Assembly (NCBI RefSeq): GCF_001447785.1
Contig: NW_015173675.1
Coordinates: 890,643 to 954,642, forward strand
Direction of reading: 5' to 3'
DNA length: 64,000 bases
DNA from: Gekko japonicus
Taxonomy: Eukaryota
The stretch's first letter is position 1; each line of letters opens with the position of its first letter. Made by a program: the position numbers and the translations under genes. The notes below the pieces were generated by a model. That model was not told the origin of the DNA. It saw only the letters and a list, made by a program, of their open reading frames with translations, and searched no databases. Positions 1-12,200 of the stretch are shown here, one piece after another.

Positions 1-1178
1 ACATTGACACCCATCAAGACACCTGCAGTCATGCAAGATACCTGCAGTCAAACACGTAATGGCACAGCCTTGAATTTATATAATGTTATGTTGTGTTGTT
101 TGCTTGTATGGACTCAGCATAGTTTTGGCATCAGCCTGGCCTATATTGGCACTAATGTCTGAGGTATGACCCGCTTGACATTACTGGCTCCCATTTTAAA
201 TGTAGAAAACATCCATTGGGAAGGCTGTTTGATTAGTATACTGCTTAATAGTTATCTAAGAAGAAATATCTTCCCTCTTTCCATCCTGCCTAGTTAACAG
301 CTGTCTATTTTACTTTTCAGCAAAATAGTAATCTTAACAGCTCTTGGGCATTTCCCAGTTTTTGGATTTAAAAATCTCAATAACCCTGTAGACCTTACAT
401 TTTGTGTGCAGGCCCGATACAGATAGTGGCGGAAGGGGAATGAGCACAATGGCCCTATTCCTCCCATGTGCAATAGCAACCACCTGTGTACAAGCTGCAT
501 ATGTACTGGCTCCAGCATTTGTTCCCAGTCACGGAGAGGGATCCAATGTCCAAACTACTTGTATGTGCTTAGGTGCATGTTTGAGTGATTGTGTGTAGGA
601 GGGGCTGGGACCAGCATACTTTGATGCAAGTGGAAGAGAGAGGGCAGCAAGTCTGTTTCTGGTTTCTGCCTATATTCATTTGCCCTCTACAGAGGTATGT
701 CATGTATACATGGGTAGACAGACAGAAATTTGATATACTTTTTCCCACCACTAATATCAAATAGCATAGACAATTGGGGGGGGGGATGCTGACTGCTATG
801 CCTAACTTTTCACACTCTACTTTTTGCTACATTATTACCTGGAAAGTTTTTTAAAAATTGGTCCCCCTTTCCATTACCTAGCTTGATGTCAGGGGCCCAC
901 ATGACTGGGCATCTCCCAAGCCCATAGACAGGCAAAGGGCCTCCTGTTAAGTGGAGACACTGGGAAAATGTTGCCCTTTAATAATTCTGCTTTGCTACCT
1001 CGTTTGATTTCAGATTGGATATTGTAACACACTTATTCAATAGAACCAACTTTAACAAGATGTTTTCAAGTTATTTATTGCACACCCTCCAGCATAAATC
1101 TTACAGACAGCTAAAAAGTCAACTTCCACCAGAATAGGTAAAGGTAAAGGTTTCCCTTGCTCGAAAGCCAGTTGAATA

Positions 1179-2936
1179 TTTTTTTTTATTTTGCATTGAA
1201 CTACAAACTACAAAGAAAATTAGGAAGGTGAGCTACAACTAGGGATAAAGGAAAGATAACCACACTAAACTAAAAACCCAAGAGGAGGAGATCTTATTTC
1301 TGTTAGTGTAAATGTTAGTACCACAAGTGTTAGTATCACAATATACTTGTAGAGTTCCTGCTCATCTTCCATGTTTATATGTTATTATGTTAGTTGTTAT
1401 GAGAGAACTTTCTGATCATCTTTGTGTTCAAAAGGCCAGTTTCCAAGTCCTTCTGCCTTTACTTCGGCTTTCTGTCTCTAAAATCGTAGACAACTTTGGC
1501 AGGTCCAGCATGCGTTTCTGTAGCAGAGTCTTCTTCCGTTCCAGAGGTAGCAGAGTCACTGGATTTCATTTCTTCCTCCTTAGACTCTTTCTCTGTTCCA
1601 AGCTGACGCCGCAAAAACTCTTTAGCCTTGAAAATGGAGTCTATCTTCTCTCTTTTATTGTTGATCTTAAAGATGACACCTTCCGGGATCACCCATCTGT
1701 ACGTTATTCCATTACTTTGAAGAAAAGCAATCAAATCTTTGTAATTTTTCCTCTTTTGCCGAATTTCAAATGGAATGTCTTTTAGCGTCTTGATTGTTAC
1801 ATTTCCCATTTTCAGTTGAGTTGCTGATGTTGCTTTCAGAATAGCATCTCTAGTCTGTCATATTGAGAATCTGATCACAATTTCTCCAGGTAGGCTATTT
1901 TTTAAAATATAATTGGGGTATGCCCTATAGGCCACCTCCATATCTTTTACTAGTTTATCCGCTGTAGAGCCTATCACTGGAATGATAATCTCGCTAAGCA
2001 AACTCCTCAGGTCCTCTTTCGCTGCTTCAGGAACTCCCTGGAACCTGAGAATCATATTGGCTTTTTCCATCTGTAGTTGCAGTACACGGTTTTCTTGAAG
2101 ATTTTGCTTTGTTTCCACCTCTCCCAGTCTTTTCTTCAACTTCTTACTTGTGGTGTCCATCTCTTGAATTTTCTCATTAGCCTGCTCCACTTTCTTTTCC
2201 ATTTCATTCAGCTGGAGCTGTTGAGATGCAAAGTTCTTGTTCATCACAGTCAGTTGCTGGTTAATACCATTGAGTTGTTACATCACTGACTTGAGCATAT
2301 CCGCTAGTAGTTTAATGACGTCTGCACCCTCTTCTGGTTTGGGACTCTGACTGCCTGGCGGTTTTGTTTTTAACTTTGCACGCTGGGCCGCCATTTTTCC
2401 GATTTGTTTACACTTCCCATCGCTTTCTCCCGACTCGAGAAACTCGCTCACGATGTAAAAAATCAAGTAAGTCTCTCACAACACACACGCTACTTTCCTC
2501 CCCTCTTTCCCCCCTTCGCGTCGTTTATCGGTTATTCGCATAAGAGGCGTCCCTCTTTGCATCCGCTTCTTCCCGCACGGGGGGGGGATCCGCTTTTTTA
2601 AAAAAGTCTGTTTTATTCAGAACTCACGTTCATTGTTGGTCAGATTCTCTGACCACGCTGCGTTTTAATGATCTTCCGCTCGATCTCCGGTGCTTGTCCC
2701 GGTCAAACCAGCTTGTGCCCGAAGGCCACACAGCGACTGGACCGTCAGGGCGGAGGGGAGCCTCGATTCTCCTGCATTATGCCATCGAAGAGGCTACCCC
2801 TCAAAAGCCCTCTGGCCTGGAGCCTATTGCAAAGGCTCCACGGGGGTGTCACTCCTCCAAGCCGCTGGTGTGCGATTCGCCCTCCCGTGGCTCGGGGAGA
2901 GTGACCGCCATCGCTGCTTTGTAAACCGGAAGTCCC
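1179..2936 (-). mobile_element. L1-clade element with 5'UTR + ORF1 only + polyA (HAL1-like)
   Basis: CpG-rich 5' end GGGACTTCCGG; ORF1 2394-1459; about 270-nt 3' region ending AATAAAAAAAAA; no ORF2. Confidence 0.8.
1459..2394 (-). pseudogene. L1 ORF1p (coiled coil-RRM-CTD), 311 codons with 2 in-frame stops
   Basis: Three track ORFs (2278..2466, 1858..2247, 1459..1809) share one frame, split by TAA 2278-2280 and TGA 1858-1860; heptad coil, LRFQGVPE, IVIRF, LKDIPFEIRQKRK, YRWVIP motifs. Confidence 0.85.
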
Positions 2937-3859
2937 GTGCCAGAATTCCAAAGGTGGCCACAGACTGAAAAACACTGGGGACCCCTGCCATGGACCACTG
3001 GATCCAGCTTTGGATTTAGGCCAGGTCTTTAAAATGTATTAATAAATCTAAGTATAAACACTATCCCAGTAAGCAGAGATTCTTTTAGAAATATCCTTTA
3101 TATCTGTTTTTCCACAAGCAACTTTGTTCTTATTCATTATAGTCCGAATTGTCTCTAGATCTGAATCTTCTGAGCTTATCAGCAACCTTAAACATTCTGT
3201 TGTGCTCTATGCTGTTGCTAAATGTACATTTGAGATTCTCCCATAAAATGAATCAGCTTCACTTGAAGCAATTAATATTGTGTTTTTTGATTTTAAGAAA
3301 TTTAACAGAGGCTTGAAGGTGTACGCCTGGGAGGCTGGTCAAAACTTCTCCTTGGGCCTGAGATCCCCACAGGTCTGAAAGCTGATGGGAAATGTCTGGA
3401 ATTTCAGAGGCAAATTCAGTTGCCTCTTGAGATTTATGCTTGGATGCAAAACTACCCTTGTCTCCAGCAAGTCTGTGGTTCACACACACAGGGAAATGAG
3501 GCTGTGGAATAGGAGGCACCATTAAATGTGAGGTAGAGGGTCACACTTTGGAATATTCCCCTGTAATAAAAACTCCTTACAAATAGAATACAGCACATCA
3601 AACGAAGCGAGGGGTACCCGCTTTCTCCTGGGGTGTGCTAGTTTCTATTTCACAGAGAGTTTAACACACACAGACACAAAGAAACATTCAAATTCATCAC
3701 CTGCAGTCCGAAATGACACAGTCCATTGTCTCCTCTGCTTGTGGGCACTGGGTCTCCCTCATGGTGGTCTTTAAGTACTGAAGAGAAACTAAATACTCTC
3801 ATTCTTTAGTCACTCCACTGGCTGCCCATCAGTTACCAGGCTCGATTCAAGATATAGGC

Positions 3860-4585
3860 TATCACATATAATGCTCTGCCACGCCACCACAGCTTTGCTC
3901 ATCTGAGCAGGGCCTTCTGCATGTGCCCCCTTGCAAATGGGCAAAATCAACAACTGCCCCTACAGGTGCATTCTCTGTTATGGGCCCCACCTTATGGAAT
4001 GGCCTGCCTGACAAGGCTCCCAGTATAATGGCTTTTCACAAACAATACAAAACTAAATTATTCAGGAGGCCTTTGTCACACAGGTAATAGGACTGCATTG
4101 TAATGAAATGGTTCATAAAGATGGTCTGGTAAAGGGGCTGCATAATGCTACTGTGTAGTCTATTGCTGTTTGTTCCCACTGTGCAATTTCTGCATCACTT
4201 AATGTGCCATGTTCGGGTGTGATAATAGGATTCAGAATAGGAAGCAATTCTTGGTTAGTAATTAGGTATAACAGAAGATAGTGGATTAGTCTGAGAACAC
4301 TTTCTATTATTAATTTTGGGGGTGAATAATACAGTAGATTGATGGAAAATAAGGTCAATAACCTGTATTATCGTTCATTACAGAAATTAATAAATTGTGA
4401 ATTAATTTTTAATGTGCCATGTTTAAATGCTTTCTTTGTTTCAGCTCTATTTCAAATTACTGCAATCCAAACCTTATTGTATTGTATTGGATGTCCCATC
4501 CTGTTGACCGTGTTTGATTTAAACTGTGTAATCTGCCCTTGAGTCTCAGTGAGAAAGGCAGACTTAATAACATAAATAAATAAAT
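3860..4585 (+). mobile_element. L2-type LINE 3' fragment and tail
   Basis: degenerate RAFS..P.LWNGLP-type end; tail tgtaatctgccc...aaataaataaa. Confidence 0.55.
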
Positions 4586-4949
4586 GGGACTAGTACCAGC
4601 GGCGGAGTTTCATTTTCTAGTTGCTTAGCAAAATTTTGCAGGCACACGCAGCACAGATATGTAGTTTTGACCTTCGAATGGAAAGAGCATACCTTTAAAA
4701 ATACCTTTAAAGAAAAAAAAAAGTTCCGCATAGTTACAGCACAGAAACTGCGGCTCTCATTAGACACCCTTTTGCGGAAGCACACCAAACAATCCTGTTT
4801 GGCGAGGGGACATTTCCTCCCAACCCTTTTTTTTCTCCTCCCCTCCCCACGCTCTCACTTCCTGCTGCCGTCCAACTACAACTCCCAGGAGCACCTGGGT
4901 GGTCCGTTTGGTCTGAAAGTGAAAACAAACTTTTGGCTGCCCATTTCAG

Positions 4950-6200
4950 TGAAAACAGCCCTGTTTCATTTCTCTTTTGTTTCCACTTGTGAGTTTCGTG
5001 ATGTGCAAAAGGAGCCGTCGAGACACCGCATTCGGAGGGAAAAAGCGCTGAGGCTTCTCGGCTTGGAAGCGAGAGCTCGGGCCAGGCCAAGCGGCGGCAC
5101 GCGCCACCGGCTCCTGCAGTAAAAGTGGAGCCTCTTTGCAGGAATCCCACATGCGACCTGCAAGCGCGAGTCCGGTTCCTGCTGCGCGCTAGGTGGCTGC
5201 ATCCTCGCCTCGCTCTTGGTTGCCCTTCCTAGCAGTTTCCTTCACCCCCCCCCTCTTTCTTTTTAATACCATGTGGGGCTAATGGAAGTGATGCGATTTC
5301 TCTGCAACCTTAAGCAATAAATAAACATGGAGGCTGCTGCTAAGCCAGGAGGCGAGGAAGAGCAGAACTACCCGGGAAACGGCGAGGAGTCTCCCGCCGA
5401 CTTGGCTATGGACAGCTACTTGCGATCTCAGGGACTATACCGCAAGAGGATTGCGAAGGACGGATCCTGCCTCTTCCGAGCCGTGGCGGAGCAGGTAACT
5501 TGCTCTGGAGAGCAAAGGCCGGGTGTGTGTGTGTGTGTGCCAGGCCAGCATGCGCCTTGGGGTGGGAGAAAGGTGGGGAAACAGGCAGGCGGCGTGCAAA
5601 GTGTCCCCGGGAAAGAAGTTGCGCGCGAGGGCAGAGGCCTGCCTTGCTTCGCAGTGAGATCTGACGCCCTCCAGACTTTACCCGGCGGGGGCTGCTGCGC
5701 GTGTCTCCTGCAGCAAGGGATTGGGCAAGGCGCGTGGAGAAGTTTTCTGATTTCTGTTTTTGAAGCAGCGCCTTCCGCTGTTTCCAATGGAAAGCAGTTT
5801 AGGGTGTAGTCACCTTGGGAAAGAGGCCGACCCGGGGAAGAGACTCTCCGGCCCTTCCCAATGTTCGCTTCTTCAAGGAACTTGCGGTGTTCGGCCTCGG
5901 TCTGCCGGACGCATTTCCCTTGTTTCTAAGGAAACAAAGCTTCCCCAGCCCTTCCTCAGGTATTGTTCCGCTTGCCTGGGCGTTCAACCCGTCCTCGCTC
6001 CCATTTCAGGTGCGTCTCGCCCGCCGCTCCTTGGCGCCCAGTGTTTCAACGAATCACGTAGGGGGGTGCAGAAAGGGCTTGAGGTTACAAGCGCCGAGTG
6101 TTGCAGCCTTTACAACGTGAAACTCCCCCACTGGCCTTATTCTGGCCAGCGCACTTGTGGAGCGTTGAGTTGAAGTTACAGCCAGAACCGGGCCTGGCGG
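4950..6200 (+). promoter_or_regulatory. CpG island / promoter of OTUD4
   Basis: GC- and CpG-rich stretch around exon 1, in contrast to the CpG-poor surroundings. Confidence 0.75.
5327..5494 (+). CDS. OTUD4: OTUD4 exon 1 (MEAAAK...[13 protein letters not shown], catalytic Cys loop)
   Basis: aacATGG Kozak context; donor CAG|GTAACT. Confidence 0.95.
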
Positions 6201-9200
6201 ATGGGGCAGAGGCTGCCTACTTGGACAGAGTGAATGAATGCCCCGAGGGCTGCCTTAAGTTAGGGCAGCTTCCTGTCGCTGTAATGACTCAGCGCCTCGA
6301 CAAATCCCCAGTGTGGGAGCTGCACATGTGGTGCCTGTGTACTTCGACTCGACTGGTTGAAGCTTGACAATATCGGTCATTTCGTTTCGGTTGGCTGTCC
6401 CAGTGGTACTTGGAAATCAAGCTTGAATCCTAAAGCTTTAGCCTGAATACTGGGTTATGGTAGACCTAAGGGACCAAATACTTTTTGGAATCTCTCTCGT
6501 TAACTCACAAAAGGAACTCAGGCAAGCCACTCCCAGTGTCCATTGTCCTCCCCTGCTTGGGGATACTACTGACTTACCTTTAGAGTAGGGATGCCAGCCT
6601 CCAGGTGAGACCTGGGGATCCCCTGGATTTATAGCTCATTTCCAAACCACAGATCAGTTCCTCTGGAGAAAATGGATGCTTTGGGTGGTGGACTTTATGG
6701 CATTGTACCCCATTGATGTTCCTATCCTCCCCAGGCTCCATCTCTGAAATTCCAGGAGTTTTTCAAGCAGTTCCTCTAACACTCTTCTTTTAATTTTAAA
6801 ATCTTCCCCAGGTTTTCCACTCTCAGGCTCAGCATATTGCCATTAGGATGTCCTGCATAAACTACCTGCGGAAAAACAGAGAGAAGTTTGAAGCGGTAAA
6901 TAAGCACTTTTGCCTTATGGATGGTCACCATGGCCCGGGCTGTTTCTTACCATGTTGCTTTGCAAGTGTGATAGCTCTATGCTTTCGCTTATCTTCTGGC
7001 TGCCAGTGGACTACTTCACTGCACTGGTTTGTAGATACTTACAGGTCACTGTATTCCTCTGATATCTGAAACACCTCTTTTGTCATGAGGAGGAGGAATG
7101 ATGCATTCTGTTTTTGGCCCCACTGGTGGACCTCCTGTTGGCACTGGTATTTCTGGCCACTGTGTGATACAGAGTGTTGGACTGGATGGGCCTTTGGCCG
7201 GATCCAACATTGGCATCTCTCATGTTCTTATGAAAGTATCTATATCAGTTGCAGGCATGCTATAGTGGTTTCAGAGAGCAGTTGCCATGGTTTTACTTCC
7301 TGCATACTCCACGCCTATTATCTTCCTTTTTTAGGATTCGCCGTTCTCATTCCCTCAGTCCTCTGCTATCTCCTTTTTCTTTTGATGTGAGTGTTTGGTT
7401 TTCTTAGTATTTGTCACTAATAATGATTCTTGGGGATGGCTTCCATCTTATGAGTCCTTTTACCCACCCACCGTAACATTAGTGTCCAACATCTTGCTTG
7501 TGGGTCTTCTTTTCACCTGGCCTTTCACCTGGCAGCCTGATTTGTGAAACCAGCTGAGGCAGAAGCAGCCCCCTGGCCCGGGACTTGGTACTTGCCGTGG
7601 TGTCTCTTTTACATTGGGCTGTCCCCCATGCATGTATGCACTGAAATAGGGTCTCATTCATGCATCTCTAAGCTGAATGGGGTGATACCGTAGAATAGAC
7701 TGCACCACTTCAGAGCCCAGGTGGTGGATTGCATTTTGGGAGGTTCCCATATATATTAGAAACTCCCTGCAAATGGAAAACAAATGCAGCGAGCAGAGGG
7801 GAGAGGAGCAAAGCTTTCTGCTTGCTGTGGTAGTTTACTGTTTGCATGGAATTCTTATGCAAAGGAGCATTCAGAGCTGGAATCCAGTGCCTGCAGTGGT
7901 GGTCTTGTTATCCTGCATGTGTAAACCTAGCAACACACTCTACCATGGGAGTGGCTGGCAATGGACCAAGTTGCATAACTTGGCAATGGACAGCTGCATG
8001 TTGTACATGTGGGTTTATTTGCTTGATGCTTGTCATTGGAGTGTATCTCTGAGATTTGCTCAAGTTTCAGAGCTAGACCTAAGCCTGGTTTATGACCCAA
8101 GACTCTTTCATGTAGGGGTGTGCAATTTCCCCCATTTTTTCGGTTTGGATATATTGAACTGAAAAAAAATTCAGGTTTCCCAAAAAATCCTGGATCCCAA
8201 TACCATTGGGATTTTTCGGGAATCCTGAATTTTTTGGGGTCTAATAGATCCAAGAAGAAGAAACCCAGGGGGAAAATGTTCACCAGCCGAGGTGGTGTGG
8301 AGCTCTCAGCTCCCTCCGCCCCAGCCGATCCTGAGCTGCATCTTATTCTTTGCATGAGAGAGAAATCTTTTACTGTGGTAGGCTCTTTTTCTGATCATGA
8401 GCTGGTATGGTATAGGAGCTAAGAGGAAAAGCTGTGATCCAGGAGGAGAGGTCCCTGAATCATTTTGTCTCTGCTGTAAACTCAATTATAAGATCATGTG
8501 TGTGAAGCACATTGACCACTGTCAGTGCTATATAAATGCTACATAGGCACAAAACAATACAGAGGTTTGGCTAGTACAGTGATGAAATTATTGAATACCT
8601 TGAGCTGTAGGCAGTGTTTAATTTGTGCTGGGGCTTGCCTGTGTTCGAACCCTGATAGTTTCTTTTGATGCCAGGACTCACCTCTGAAATATATGACATT
8701 GGAATAAAGCTCAGAGTCCGTGTCCCTCCCCGCTGAGTAAATCAGTACCTTCGAACTAGGGATTAGATTAGGATTTCCAGATCAGGTGTTGCTTGCAGGC
8801 AGATTTGAATCCTGGTATGTCTCTTTCTAGAAATTAAGCAGTCTTTGCATCATAGTGCTCCTAGTAAAATCTTTTCTTACTATGTTTTAAAGTTTATAGA
8901 GGGACCGTTTGAAGAATATTTGAAAAGCCTAGAAAACCCACAGGTATGTATACTTGGATTAAGTTTCTATAACATTTCAAGATAAAACTGTACCTAATCA
9001 CTACTGGTGTATGCAGTTTGTTGTAAAAACTTCTAAAAGTTGACACTGAAACCTCTATGAGTCAGTCTAATGTTTTGCTGCTACTCATGAGTTGTTCTCT
9101 GAGTCCTGCTGGAAATGATACTCTGTATGGGGTTGGTGGCAGAATCTACAAAAGGGTCTGTAGGTTGTAGCTACAAGTCTTGTGAGTTGCAAGGAACTTC

Positions 9201-12200
9201 TGAGTCCCTGCAAGCTGGAATGTGGGGATTGTTCTGCCTCTCCTACACTGACTGTTCTGCAAGCTGGAAAATAAAAAGGAAGAGGCAAAAGTGGTCCTCA
9301 AAGGCAGAAATGTATTGTTGCATGTAAATTACCAAATGCATTTTGGTGGCATTTTTGCCATGGGGCTTCTAATTAATTAAAACAGTTCCCTCAGATATAC
9401 TTTAAGAGACCTGATACAGCTAGAGACATGGTTTGCTTCTGTGGAAGGTGGACATGGGTAACTTACATATCCAGGGGTCATTTCCTAGAAAAAGAGGTGC
9501 AGGAGCTTATTTGCATAACTCATTTGCCACACCCCCTGACAAAGGGCAGGCATGTTTAAAATGAGTTAAGGCATATGCAAATGAGTTTAAACCCTCCCCC
9601 CAGTCTCTGCAAAAGCTTTGTCTTCTGGCAATACCCCTTCCTTGCTGTGTTGGCTGCAAGTTGCTACAGGAGGACAGAATTCAGTACACCTGGAACATAA
9701 GGTGCCATTCCATTCTTGGAATGTTGTCTTCCAAATGCAGCTGTTCCCTTCTCTAGGGTGGGGGCGAGGAAATTCTGCAGCGTTTGAGTAAGGGACATCA
9801 TTTCTGCAGTGGGAATACAGGTCTCTCTATTCTGTCACAACTGTGGTTTCCCCTGTCTCTCCCCCCCCCCCTCCTGCCACAGTCTTGAGTAGTCTCAGAG
9901 GACTAGGGGTAGGATAAGAGGGTGGAATGCAATTGTACTCCCATCCAGTGTTCCCTCTAAGCTGAGTTAGTGTGAGCTAGCTCACATTTTTATAGCCTCC
10001 GGCTCAGACATTTTGGTCTTAGCTCAGGAAGGATGGCTCCAGACCAAACTGTTTTAATGCAGTAGCCAAATTGCTCGCTCACAACTTTAATGCCAGTAGC
10101 TCACAAAGTAGAATTTTTGCTCACAAGACTCCACAGGTTAGAGGGAACTTTGCCTCAGGCTACTGTGTGGTTGGGGGCAAGGACATGTTTTCAGTGCTAT
10201 AATGACTTCTGGAATTTTCACTTTGACTTTAAAAATGGAAGTAATTTTGTTGGTTTTTTAGCTTTGTTTTTTGTGCCCAACAAATTCCATTGGGTGTATG
10301 TGCGGTTCTCAGTGAGGAAGGGGTGGGGGAGGGAATGAGGCTTAGAGAGGAGCATGAGCAGGAAAGAGAGAGCAATACAGGACAGGGCTTTGAGTCAAGA
10401 TGTTAGCGCAGGGGTGGCCAAACTGCAGCTCAGGAGCTGCATGCGGCTCTTTCACACAGTCTAATTTAATGTTAATAAAAAGCAAATTTGCATATTTTTC
10501 AATAAAAATGTGTGTGTAATATTTATGTCTTGCGGCTCTCAAACATCTGACATTTTTTCTGTGTGGCTGTTACGTTAAGCAAGTTTGGCCACCCCCGTAT
10601 AGCATTTGTGTCCCGTTATCTTTGTACAGCCTACAGTTGCAGTTAGAGGGGGATGGATGGAAATTGGGGGAAATCTATTTTATATTATTTGAATTACAGT
10701 TTTGTTTTGTTTTTTGCAAAAGTGCCAGAACTGTAATTCTGATACTAAATGCAGTGAACACATTATCTGAGACATCATACAGTTGGTGACATGGGTAGTT
10801 TGTGTGTGCCTGCACACGTGTGTGTCACTGAGGAACTGCCATGATTTCAGTGAAGAACACAGAAAATGTTAGTTCTTGATGGTGCTGTAACTTAACATGC
10901 ATATGTTCTTACATAGTGATATACTTTACTGCATGTCTTTTTCTTTCTCTTTGATGCAGGAATGGGTTGGACAAGTGGAAATAAGTGCCCTTTCTCTTAT
11001 GTACAAGTAAGAAATATCTCTGATATATCCACAGGAGAGAGTGTGAAGAATAGACTTTAGCTTGCTAGAAAAATACCATGTGAATGGGATCTAGCAATAG
11101 CAGGAACGCTGTTAGAGAAGCTCCCACAGGAAAAGGATGCTTTGAAGGATGGTTTTATCTCCATCCCTAACTGTAAATATACTTGAAGGGAAAGTCTTAT
11201 TTATTTCAAACAACTTTCTTCCAACAATCTAACTGATATTATATTAAAAAAAATCAGTCTGTTAAAGAACCAACAAAAACTGGCAGGTCTGTTTTCAGCA
11301 TGAGTCAATATCATCTGTACATTTGCACAGTACAATGTACATTTGACAGTAACTGGATAACCATTGATGTGTTACTAATATGTGTATAAGTACAAACAGG
11401 AATCTTAACTTTGGTCTGATACATAATCCAGGACAGCAGAAGTGTGTGTGGGGGGGAGGTGGCTTGTCAAATTTATGTTGAATAATGTGACTTCTTGTTA
11501 CTATAAATGAACAGTGATTATATACAGTCTGTCTCAGATGACATCAGCAACCACTCAGCTGTATCACAGCACTTACCTGGACTAGATGTTAGCTTCTGGT
11601 TCGAGAGACTAGTGCTGACGTTTAAAGCCCTTTGTGACCTGTTTGTGTGCGCATCAGATACCATGTCTATACATTCCTCACTTCCGTTAAAGACTGCTCT
11701 GATAGGCCCTGCATAAAGCCTTCTCTGAGGAAGTCAACCCTAATTAAAATGTGAGGGTGGTGAGCAAATATATGGCACACCAGAGATCCACAGCCCTTGT
11801 GGATATTGTAATGACATACAAATCAGTTCACTTTGCCCCAGCTGCAGCACAGGTTAAATAAGACCCTAAGCACTCTTTCTTGCCAGCTTCAGTGTCCGTG
11901 TAGGTTTAGGGGTGGGATGACAAGAAAAGAACAGCAGGGTCTTTGGGCCCCCACAGTAAAGGCTGTGGGATACAGTACTTCTTCTGGGGGTAGGGTTCTG
12001 TGGGCTCTTGGGAGAAGTAGATGGTGGGGGGAAATCTTCACGTGGGAGTAGGGAGTTAGTGAAAATCTCCCCCCCCCCATGCTAGTAGAAGTGTCCTCCT
12101 CCTTGCAAAAGATTACTTAGGATCCAGTCCAAACTGGTGTAAACAATTTTTAAAAAATGGTGCGTTGAGATTTTTGGAAATATACTAAAGATGTGAAAGC

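Noticed and set aside
1312-1785. 157-aa plus-strand ORF
   Set aside because: Antisense shadow of the L1 ORF1; no independent protein signal.
2937-2975. TSD for the ORF1-only L1 element
   Set aside because: Only gccag is shared with the opposite flank (about 1167-1171); too short to call.
5495-5809. Continuation of the 160-aa ORF past OTUD4 exon 1
   Set aside because: Homology stops at the strong CAG|GTAACT donor; the rest is GC-rich intron.
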